Origin: Legionella sp.
GTDB lineage: Bacteria; Pseudomonadota; Gammaproteobacteria; Legionellales; Legionellaceae
Assembly (NCBI GenBank): GCA_030680075.1
Contig: JAUXWR010000246.1
Span: forward strand, 785-64,784
DNA: 64,000 nt
Reading direction: 5' to 3'
Part shown: positions 8,507 to 16,613 of the stretch, piece by piece
How the letters are laid out: every line of letters begins with the position of its first letter
Position numbering within the stretch: the stretch's first letter is position 1
Notes under the pieces: model-generated
The model's input: the letters and a program-made list of their open reading frames with translations, nothing else
Told to the model about the DNA's origin: nothing
The model's database searches: none
Program-made: the position numbers and the translations under genes

Positions 8507-9910
8507 ATGCCTTCTCAATCATTGGATAGGGTTGCTATGCAATGGATAGAAAACTTAATCGATGAAAACAGTTTTTTGCCATTTTATCCCAGTTGCGAAA
8601 ATACGCCTAGTGCAAATCACCAGTTTGGAGCCGAAGTTATTACCGGACTTGCCAAAGTTCATCACCGCCCCATTGCCATTTACGCCCATAACACTAACAT
8701 CAATCGAGGTTATATTAGCAGTCAGGGAGCTATCAAGATTTGCCGTTTGATGGACAGAGCAAAAGATTTAAAAATTCCGATTGTAGCTATTCTTGCCTCC
8801 CCTGGTATTTCTCTTGAAGAGGGGATTTTAAGCGGTGATGAATATACGCGAGTAATTAGTAAAAATATTAAGCTCTCAGGTGACATCCCTCAATTGGCCG
8901 TCATTGTGGCGCCTACGCTAGGCGCACCGGCTTATTCGGCAGCATTAATGGATTTCGCTTTCTTTAATAAGTACCGCAGCTTTTTGATGGTTACGAGTCC
9001 TGCAGTAGTTCAACAGGCTATTGGCGAAAAGGTGACCATGAGTGAATTGGGAGGGGCGACAATGCACGCGAGCATTACCGGCATTGCCGATTTTGTCGAT
9101 GACAACATTGAAGCGCAGTTGCATCAGGTAAAAACCCTGCTTGATTTTTTGCCCGCCAACGCTTATGAAAATCCACCTCTGCAAGAGCCAGCGGAACCCA
9201 TGCAATCCATGCCTGAGATTCCGCTTAATCCCAAGCTTCCTTTTAATATGGCAAACCTTATCGCCGCCATTGTTGATAATTCGACCTTTATTCACTACAA
9301 GCGTGCTTTTGGGCAGGCGATGGTATGTGCTTTTGCCCATATCAATGGCTATCCGGTGGGAATTGTCGCTAATCAAAGTATGCGCATGAGTGGCGCCATT
9401 GATTCGGATGCAGCGCAAAAGTCAGCGCGTTTTATTCGTATTTGTGAAGCCTATAATATCCCTCTGATAACCTTAATTGATGTACCGGGTTTTATGCCCG
9501 GAAAAAGAGAAGAGCAAAAAGGGCTCTTAAAACATGGTGCCAAATTATGTGCGGCAATGCAGACCACTGTTCCCCGGATCAGTGTTGTTATTCGAAAATG
9601 TTATGGCGCGGCTGCATTTTTGCTGATGCAAACCAAATCCCAAGGGGGTGATTTGGTGCTGGCACTGGAAACAGCAACAATTGGTGTAATGGGTAAAGAG
9701 ACAACAACATCTGTAAAAAAAATTGATCAATCGAGTGTGATTGAAGGAGAGGATAAATCTGAATCTTCTCTTGAAGCGATTTATTCAATGGGGCTAATTG
9801 ATGAAATTATAGCACCGAGTCAGATACGAAAACGTCTGGCTGAGCATTTGGAGTATTTGCGAAGAAAGCATGAGCCACGAGGGAAAGTGAAAAAATCCAT
9901 TAGTGATTAG
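8507..9910 (+). CDS. Carboxyltransferase-domain protein (acyl-CoA carboxylase beta / decarboxylase alpha type), stand-alone
   Basis: N-terminal LIDENSFLPFY. Two CT subdomains: ASPGISLEEG and GFMPGKREEQKGLLKHGAKL ... RKCYGAAAF. Clear similarity in layout to the MCCase beta subunit at 23174-24781. Confidence 0.75.
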   Translation: MPSQSLDRVAMQWIENLIDENSFLPFYPSCENTPSANHQFGAEVITGLAKVHHRPIAIYAHNTNINRGYISSQGAIKICRLMDRAKDLKIPIVAILASPGISLEEGILSGDEYTRVISKNIKLSGDIPQLAVIVAPTLGAPAYSAALMDFAFFNKYRSFLMVTSPAVVQQAIGEKVTMSELGGATMHASITGIADFVDDNIEAQLHQVKTLLDFLPANAYENPPLQEPAEPMQSMPEIPLNPKLPFNMANLIAAIVDNSTFIHYKRAFGQAMVCAFAHINGYPVGIVANQSMRMSGAIDSDAAQKSARFIRICEAYNIPLITLIDVPGFMPGKREEQKGLLKHGAKLCAAMQTTVPRISVVIRKCYGAAAFLLMQTKSQGGDLVLALETATIGVMGKETTTSVKKIDQSSVIEGEDKSESSLEAIYSMGLIDEIIAPSQIRKRLAEHLEYLRRKHEPRGKVKKSISD

Positions 9911-9940
9911 CTGGGATTGCTGTTTAAACAACGCTCCGTG

Positions 9941-9966
9941 AACACTCCCTGACGGTCGCGGCTCGG
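9941..9966. repeat. Single arm of REP-like family 1 (aacactccctgacggtcgcggctcgg)
   Basis: Matches the arms at 35089-35114, 35224-35249, 35358-35383 and 40325-40348. Confidence 0.7.
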
Positions 9967-10000
9967 TAAACCCGTATATACACAGTTGAGAGAAGAACCG

Positions 10001-11692
10001 ATGACGTCTTTATCCACCATTATGAAGCTTGCTGAATCTTTTGAGACTTATTTGGGCAATCCCTTTCTCAAAGCAACACCGCTTAATTTTGAGCAAATCC
10101 TTCTTTTAGATGAAGAAGAAACGCTGCCTCGGGCACATATAGAATTCATCAGGCAATGGGGCTACATGGAGTACCTGATTCCACACCAGTTTGGCGGTAA
10201 AATGCAGTCGTTGATGGATATGTATGCTTTAACACGATGCCTGTCTCGCCGCGATTTAACCACCGCTATTACATTAGGCATTACGGTGCTCTCTTCATTA
10301 CCTGTCTGGATTGCAGGAAGTAAGGAGCAGAAAATTGCAGAAGCCACACGCATCAAGAAAGGTCTTATTGGCTGTCTTGCCCTTACAGAAGAGGCGCACG
10401 GGAGCGATCTGACGGCTAATGAAGTTTTTGCTGAACCCTATGAAGGAGGGTGGCGTCTTTCGGGGAAAAAATGGTGTGTGAACTATGCAACACTTACAAA
10501 TCACGCAACGGTTCTTTGTCGCACGCACCCATCTGGTGGAGCACTTGGTTTTTCATTGTTTCGGGTAGATAAAACCGCCGTTAAAACCGGCATACACCAC
10601 TTGCCCAAATTACTAACGACGGGTGTCAGGGGTTTGGATATCAGCGGGTTTGTTTTGGATAAGGTCATAGTGCCCGAAGATGCTTTGATTGGGCAAAAAA
10701 AAGGGGGGTTGGAAGTAACGTACAAAGCCTTGCAAGTTTCTCGTACTTTATGCGCCAGTTTTTCTTTGGGGGCTGCCGACACAGCGCTTCGTTTAGCGCT
10801 TAAATTTAGTTTGGAGCGTCATCTTTATGGCGAATCAGTCTATGCAATTCCGGCAGTCAAGCAACGTTTAGCTGAGAATTTTATTTACCTGTTAATCGGG
10901 GATTGCATGGCTTTAGCGATGGCTCGTGCTTGCACGGTTATCCCTCGACGAATGAGCTTTTGGTCTGCCATCGTTAAATTTTTCATTCCCAAACTCTCTG
11001 AAGCTATCATTGATGAATGCGGTACGGTAATTGGTGCGCGTGCTTACTTACGCACCACTGAGTGGGCAATTTTTCAGAAAATAAAGCGCGATAATCAAGT
11101 GGTAGGGTTATTTGATGGCAGCAGCCAGGTTAATTTATTTATTATTGTGGGGAATCTCGTGTCGCAAGCCAAAATGCGAAAAGCCCATCAAATTGATGCC
11201 AAAGCGCTATTAAAAGCAATTTTTGATTTGAATGAACCCATTCCTGATTTTACTGGCGAAAAATTAGGCGTTTTTAATTCCGGACAAGATGAGATTATTT
11301 CTGCTCTATGGTCACTGAAATCCACCAAAATCAAGCCACTCGTTACACGTGTTATAGAAGAAGTCGTTAAACTGGATAATGAAATTCTTAAGCGCCAGGA
11401 ACAATCTCGTTTTGATAAACGCGGGTTGGCAGAGTTCAGGCTCGCTGAAAAATACTGTTGGTTATTTGCTGCCAGTTGTGTTCTGCAATCCTCAGTTTAT
11501 AATCAGGAAAATTTACCCGTGGCACTGAAAAACAGTGAATGGCTAACTCTCGCTATTGAACTTATTTTAAGTAAATTAAACGCAAACAATGCGATTAATC
11601 CCCTCTTTCAAAATGCAATGGCTGATTGCTTAACAACATTTTATGACCAGAAAATGATGTTTTCACTACTGCCTATCATCATAAAAGGTTAA
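10001..11692 (+). CDS. Acyl-CoA (or acyl-ACP) dehydrogenase family protein with a long C-terminal extension
   Basis: LTEEAHGSDL motif. ACAD-like GLFDGSSQVNLFII aligns to the IYEGTxxIQRLII region. ATG at 10001 preferred over TTG at 9986. Confidence 0.7.
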   Translation: MTSLSTIMKLAESFETYLGNPFLKATPLNFEQILLLDEEETLPRAHIEFIRQWGYMEYLIPHQFGGKMQSLMDMYALTRCLSRRDLTTAITLGITVLSSLPVWIAGSKEQKIAEATRIKKGLIGCLALTEEAHGSDLTANEVFAEPYEGGWRLSGKKWCVNYATLTNHATVLCRTHPSGGALGFSLFRVDKTAVKTGIHHLPKLLTTGVRGLDISGFVLDKVIVPEDALIGQKKGGLEVTYKALQVSRTLCASFSLGAADTALRLALKFSLERHLYGESVYAIPAVKQRLAENFIYLLIGDCMALAMARACTVIPRRMSFWSAIVKFFIPKLSEAIIDECGTVIGARAYLRTTEWAIFQKIKRDNQVVGLFDGSSQVNLFIIVGNLVSQAKMRKAHQIDAKALLKAIFDLNEPIPDFTGEKLGVFNSGQDEIISALWSLKSTKIKPLVTRVIEEVVKLDNEILKRQEQSRFDKRGLAEFRLAEKYCWLFAASCVLQSSVYNQENLPVALKNSEWLTLAIELILSKLNANNAINPLFQNAMADCLTTFYDQKMMFSLLPIIIKG

Positions 11693-11697
11693 ACACT

Positions 11698-13224
11698 ATG
11701 AGTTGGAAACGACGGTTACTTGCAACGTTTACCTGGAAAAAATACCGGGATTTTATAAGCGACACGCGTAATCCTGAAAAAGCCAAAGCAAGGTTATGGG
11801 AGAAAGAAACCTTACCACTGATAAAATCCTCAAAATTTTGGCAGCAATTAATGGATTTTTATCCCACTCCTGCAATTGATGCATTTAATATCACTACCTA
11901 TGACGATTATAAAGAGGCTTTAGACGAGGGATTAACTACCGGTGTGCTCTCTTTAAATGGTGAAAAAATCACCTTTTGGTCAGAAACCTCGGGCACCTCT
12001 GGCGCGCGCAAACATTTCCCCATTACCAATGCATTCCAACGGCAATTTCAGCGCACGATGGCGCCTTTTATGCAAAGCCTTATCAAACGTTTTCCCAGCT
12101 TTTTGCAACATAAAATAGTGTATCTTGCCGCGTGTAATCCACAAGAAATATCGCCTTCGGGTATTGGCATGGGGTTTATTAGTAATTTCAACTACCGCAA
12201 TCTGCCGCCACTGATTAAATCATTCTACGCACTTCCAGACGAAGTATTTGTTGATGCAGAAACATTTGAAAAATGGGCACCTCTGTATGCACTGGCTTCT
12301 AATCTGAGTGGAATTTTTGCAGTGACGCCGATGGTAATTGAGTCTTTTTATGAATTGTGTGCTAAGAATTTTGCTTTTTATAGGCCTTATCTCTCAGGAC
12401 ATAAGTCTTTGCCAGACAATCTTCCTCCCATAAAAATCAGCAAAAAACGCCAGCAGTATTTGCAAAATTTAAATGAAAACGAACGGCACAGTTACACGGC
12501 ATTATGGCCTGGTTTGAGTGTTGTCTGCTGCTGGATATCAGGGCCTTGTGAGTATGTCGCAGGCCAACTGGCCAAGGTGCTGGGAGAGGATGTTGCACTC
12601 GTTGATGGTGCTTATTCGGCAACAGAAGGGTGGATGACCGTACCACTTGAAGCCAGGCAAGTTGGTGGTATTTTACACCCGGGTGCCCATATTGTGGAGT
12701 TTATTGAGGAGGGAGAGGCTATTGTTAAAGAAAATCTCCTTGATAGTTGGCAATTAAAACCGGATACAAATTATGAGGTATTTTTGACCACCGCAATGGG
12801 TTTTGTGCGTTATCGATTAAATGATATTGTGAAATGTACCGGTTTTTATAATAAAGCGCCTCGACTTGAATTTTGTTATAAGGCAACACTTTTAAAATTG
12901 GAATATGGTGCGATATCCGAGCAAGAATTAAAAGAGATGATAAAGCAGGCTAATTTTAGAATGGATCCTTCCTGGTATTTTGTGCGCAATTCCACTGGCG
13001 ACAGGGTAGTACTCATTACAGACGATGATGTGCAAATCAGTGAAGATATGCTGCGAAAATTGCATGAATGCCTGATAAATATCAGTGAAAACTATTCTTA
13101 CAATGTCGCGAGCGCAAGCATTTTGCCAATGGCGTTACTGCAACTTCCCAAAGAGCGATTATTAAAAAACACCCATGCGCAAACAAAACCTAAATTAATT
13201 GGTCAATACCATAATTGGCGTTGA
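11698..13224 (+). CDS. GH3-family adenylating enzyme (acyl-acid amido synthetase family)
   Basis: WSETSGTSGARKHFPIT is the GH3 nucleotide-binding motif. About 500 aa, with YRLNDIV and LEFCYK contexts typical of GH3 proteins. Confidence 0.7.
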   Translation: MSWKRRLLATFTWKKYRDFISDTRNPEKAKARLWEKETLPLIKSSKFWQQLMDFYPTPAIDAFNITTYDDYKEALDEGLTTGVLSLNGEKITFWSETSGTSGARKHFPITNAFQRQFQRTMAPFMQSLIKRFPSFLQHKIVYLAACNPQEISPSGIGMGFISNFNYRNLPPLIKSFYALPDEVFVDAETFEKWAPLYALASNLSGIFAVTPMVIESFYELCAKNFAFYRPYLSGHKSLPDNLPPIKISKKRQQYLQNLNENERHSYTALWPGLSVVCCWISGPCEYVAGQLAKVLGEDVALVDGAYSATEGWMTVPLEARQVGGILHPGAHIVEFIEEGEAIVKENLLDSWQLKPDTNYEVFLTTAMGFVRYRLNDIVKCTGFYNKAPRLEFCYKATLLKLEYGAISEQELKEMIKQANFRMDPSWYFVRNSTGDRVVLITDDDVQISEDMLRKLHECLINISENYSYNVASASILPMALLQLPKERLLKNTHAQTKPKLIGQYHNWR

Positions 13225-13227
13225 AAA

Positions 13228-15450
13228 TTATTTTATAGAAAGCGCTGGAGGCGTCATTTTTTCATCGCTAATTCCGATGAGAACGCTAAGTTTCCCCATG
13301 GCGCCATTGACGATTTTATCCAGCGTTCCCATAAATAAGCCTTTAGTTGCGTATAAATCGCGAATGCGGCCTTGAGCGTCTTTGAGTTCCGTAACAATGG
13401 CGTTGACATTATTGCCTAAGCCTTCGGCATCCAGCGTTGACATTTTTTCTTTAAGATTAATGGCAATTTCTTCTTTTTGCGAATTAAAGCTGAATGGGAA
13501 AGGCAGGTGTATGGCCTTAAATATTTTTTCCACAGTTTTCCAAAACGTATTTCGGTTGGTGTACGCTTCCAATTTATGCACAATGGTTCCGGCCAAACTG
13601 GTTTCAGCATAACCCGCATTAGATAATCCATTAAGCTTGTTGGTTAATGAGGAAATCGTATGAGTGGGTTTCTCATCAATACGGTGAAAAGCCTGATTAA
13701 AAATATTATGCATTTTTGTTTGTTCATCGGGCTCAGTAATCCTTGCCTGTACGCCTATTACTTCCTGTTTGATGGCACGGTATTTTTGGCGCGAGTCTAG
13801 GGCTTCATCTGTCTCTATTTGCTTTATAGTGTGAATAGTATTTTTTATATCATCTCGTTGCTCAGAGATAAGTTCTATATTATTTTTTAAGTGATCATTA
13901 AGAATAGCTAACGTATTCTCTGCATATTGTCGGTAGTCAGGAGCGATGCGGCGAAGTTGTTGCGCTACAAAGCCATGGTTATTTTCCTTCTGCAAAAAGG
14001 TTTTCATGTGCTCAATACGTTGAGAAAGATAAGCGGTTGCCTCTTCGGGAGGTAATTTGGCTGCATCTTTTAAATCCAGAAATATAGCTTCTTTGATACT
14101 TGTATCCTGGACGCTTTTTATCGGATAGTGATGTTGATAATAATTGGCAATAGAGCGAAGCGAATACCTTAAATAGGATAATTCATCCGCGATTAATGGC
14201 TTGCCGATTACGGATCTTTCCTCAACCATCATACCTTGTGGTTCGGGTAGAGTTGTTTCAATTCCGTTTAAATTGTAGTCAAAATTTTTGGCCAGGCTCT
14301 CGGCAAAATGAGAGTGCCCTATGGTTTTTAGTTCAGCGATAACTGCCTCTTTTGAAGATTGGTTGCAATTTTTCTCAAAAAACCAGTTAAATACTTTGGG
14401 GTAATTGGTTTTAAATAATTCGCGATGTTCCTGATTTATAAATAATTCAGGATTAGCCACATAATCTTCTTTTTTAAAGAGTATGCTCCTTTGATTAAGT
14501 CTGGTGCCTTTTGCATAAAGCCATTCATTTTCTCGCATGGTGCAATAGTGAAGAAAGCGCTCTTTTGATGATAGGCCGAGTTTATTGATGACGGGTACGT
14601 CAGCAAAGTTTCCTTTTTTACCCTTTAAATAATAATCAGGAACGACAGCGCTTTGCGGTAATGATCCGGTTTCTTTAGCGAATCGATAAAGGTCATCATG
14701 GACTAACATGCTGGTATGGTTAATGGCGGAATTTGTTGAAAAACGGGTACCTGCTCCATGCTCTCCAAAGTATGTTTTGAGAGAGACTTTTGTGGTTTCA
14801 GGTGCTGTAAATACATACCTTTCCTCATCCTGCGGGTCAAATCCCGGGCGATATTCATGAAACATTAAAGCTGATTCAAAACGTTTTACATTTCTAGGTA
14901 TAGTGTATGAGTGTGGGTCATTACGTCGGCCAGGGCCTGGTACTTGATCGATTAAAAACACATTAACGTCAATGTCTGGGTATAATTGGTCGAGAATATT
15001 AGCCATTCGAAGGCATGCATCCGCGCCCCGGCTAAATCCTTGTAAATTGATAGTTTTAGGCATTTTCCCATTATTTTTTTGGATAATATTGTTTACATAA
15101 AGCGTTGCTTCCAACAGTAAGCTTTCGACTCCTTCACCTGCTACCGTACCGCTTAAACAGGCAATAGCATTATCAATGTCGCGGGAGATTTTAGGATCAA
15201 CAACAACTTTTTCATCGGTTGCCGGGTTGTAAAGATAGGTTCCGGGGGTTGGGTGTTTACTGTCTTGCGTTTGTGGAGACGAGCCTGGGCCGTCAAATAA
15301 TCTTACCGCGATTTCTGGATTCTCAAGCGCGTAGTCTTCCATCGTTTGGTGGAAACGCGTAATAATATGCTTGTTTTTTTCACGATGTTGACCCGTGCCT
15401 AAAAAATTCAAGCTTATTGTATGTACGGCTTTCTGTTTGAAATCGTTCAT
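13228..15450 (-). CDS. 740-aa protein: N-terminal DUF2235/Tle1-like alpha/beta-hydrolase (lipase-motif) domain plus a long helical C-terminal region; candidate secreted effector
   Basis: NFLGTGQH, LFDGPGS and LQGFSRGADACLRMA (GxSxG; Ser codon at 15031-15033) follow the order of DUF2235 motifs. The remaining roughly 500 aa have no motif. Confidence 0.55.
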   Translation of the reverse strand: MNDFKQKAVHTISLNFLGTGQHREKNKHIITRFHQTMEDYALENPEIAVRLFDGPGSSPQTQDSKHPTPGTYLYNPATDEKVVVDPKISRDIDNAIACLSGTVAGEGVESLLLEATLYVNNIIQKNNGKMPKTINLQGFSRGADACLRMANILDQLYPDIDVNVFLIDQVPGPGRRNDPHSYTIPRNVKRFESALMFHEYRPGFDPQDEERYVFTAPETTKVSLKTYFGEHGAGTRFSTNSAINHTSMLVHDDLYRFAKETGSLPQSAVVPDYYLKGKKGNFADVPVINKLGLSSKERFLHYCTMRENEWLYAKGTRLNQRSILFKKEDYVANPELFINQEHRELFKTNYPKVFNWFFEKNCNQSSKEAVIAELKTIGHSHFAESLAKNFDYNLNGIETTLPEPQGMMVEERSVIGKPLIADELSYLRYSLRSIANYYQHHYPIKSVQDTSIKEAIFLDLKDAAKLPPEEATAYLSQRIEHMKTFLQKENNHGFVAQQLRRIAPDYRQYAENTLAILNDHLKNNIELISEQRDDIKNTIHTIKQIETDEALDSRQKYRAIKQEVIGVQARITEPDEQTKMHNIFNQAFHRIDEKPTHTISSLTNKLNGLSNAGYAETSLAGTIVHKLEAYTNRNTFWKTVEKIFKAIHLPFPFSFNSQKEEIAINLKEKMSTLDAEGLGNNVNAIVTELKDAQGRIRDLYATKGLFMGTLDKIVNGAMGKLSVLIGISDEKMTPPALSIK

Positions 15451-15551
15451 TTTTATGCAAAATAGTAGAGTATTTGTTCAAAGTATATCAGTAAATTGTT
15501 AAGTAATTATTACGTAGTTTAGCGCCATGTTTATTTTTTTTACCGATCACC

Positions 15552-15581
15552 GTAGCCCGGATTAGCGCGAGCGTAATCCGG
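15552..15581. repeat. REP-like family 2 hairpin (gtagcccggattagcg...cgtaatccgg)
   Basis: ccggatta/taatccgg stem. Same unit at 19389-19419, 29511-29540, 29570-29601, 53161-53191, 53221-53252 and 53278-53308. Confidence 0.8.
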
Positions 15582-15591
15582 TCTACAGGTC

Positions 15592-16611
15592 TTAACTTAG
15601 TGGCTGCTGCTGGGTTATACAATGAATACCGCCACCACCCGCAAATACATCTAATGCGTCAATTTGATTGATAGCATAGGTGGGAAAGAGTTTTCGGAAT
15701 AATTCCAAGGCGGCTTTATCTGCTTTTTCATGACCAAAGGCAGGCATCACAATGCCTTTGTTGGCTAAATAAAAATTAATATACGATAAAGTCAGGCGTG
15801 TGTTACCCATATAAGTCGCTGGGGGTTGTTCAACGGTAAATACCTCCAATTGACGTCCTTTGGCATCGGTCGCTGATTTTAAAATCTCAAGATTTTCCTG
15901 CAAACGGTGATAGTTATCATCGTCTTTATCCCCGGTAATCAGACACAATACTTTTCCAGGGGCAATAAAGCAGGCGATTTCATCAATATGTCCATCTGTT
16001 TCATCCCCGAGTAATCCTTTATTTAACCAAATGACTTTTGATGTGCCGAGATAATCGTGCAAATAATTTTCAATTTCATCTGGTGTCAAATGTGGATTAC
16101 GATTTTCATTCAGTAAACACTCCCGACTGGTTAATACCGTACCTTCGCCATCAACATGAAAGGAGCCGCCTTCCATTACCAATGGCGCGGAAAAATAATG
16201 TGCTTTGGTGTGGTGTAGGACAGCTTTTGCTATGTTGTTATCCAAATCACACTCTGGATAGTTGCCACCCCAGGCGTTATGTATCCAGTCAACACCGGCT
16301 AATTCCTTTTTTTCATTTAACAAAAAAGTAGGGCCAGTATCCCGTAACCAGGAGTCATTAAGAGGAAGCGTCATTTGTCGAATGCCATCCCCACAAAGCG
16401 CGCTTACTGATTTTTCATCGCCAGGGTTTACTAACATCGTGACCGGCTCAAAGCGCGCGATTGCCTGGGCTACCCGCGCATAAGCAATACGAGCCCGCTC
16501 AATTCCTATCGCCTCCCAGCTTGGAAGATGACAAGGCCATCCCATCCAGCACCCTGCATGAGGGTACCATTCCGCCGGCATACTAAAACCTGATTGTTTG
16601 GGTGTAAGCAT
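15592..16611 (-). CDS. aguA: Agmatine deiminase
   Basis: MPAEWYPH N-terminus and C-terminal [13 protein letters not shown] catalytic Cys motif. Confidence 0.9.
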   Translation of the reverse strand: MLTPKQSGFSMPAEWYPHAGCWMGWPCHLPSWEAIGIERARIAYARVAQAIARFEPVTMLVNPGDEKSVSALCGDGIRQMTLPLNDSWLRDTGPTFLLNEKKELAGVDWIHNAWGGNYPECDLDNNIAKAVLHHTKAHYFSAPLVMEGGSFHVDGEGTVLTSRECLLNENRNPHLTPDEIENYLHDYLGTSKVIWLNKGLLGDETDGHIDEIACFIAPGKVLCLITGDKDDDNYHRLQENLEILKSATDAKGRQLEVFTVEQPPATYMGNTRLTLSYINFYLANKGIVMPAFGHEKADKAALELFRKLFPTYAINQIDALDVFAGGGGIHCITQQQPLS

Positions 16612-16613
16612 GA

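Noticed and set aside
8945-9418. Long antisense ORFs inside well-supported genes: 8945-9418, 36059-36493, 26140-26532, 50998-51444, 55028-55411, 63073-63468, 5989-6321 and 26979-27338.
   Set aside because: These are shadow ORFs on the strand opposite genes with strong family motifs. Their compositions (Ala/Ser/Pro/Arg-rich or low complexity) are typical of antisense frames.
15491-15507. A CpxR-like direct repeat (GTAAA-N7-GTAAT) upstream of the Tle1-like gene.
   Set aside because: The spacing and the second half-site deviate from the GTAAA-N5/6-GTAAA type consensus. In AT-rich DNA such a match is expected by chance.
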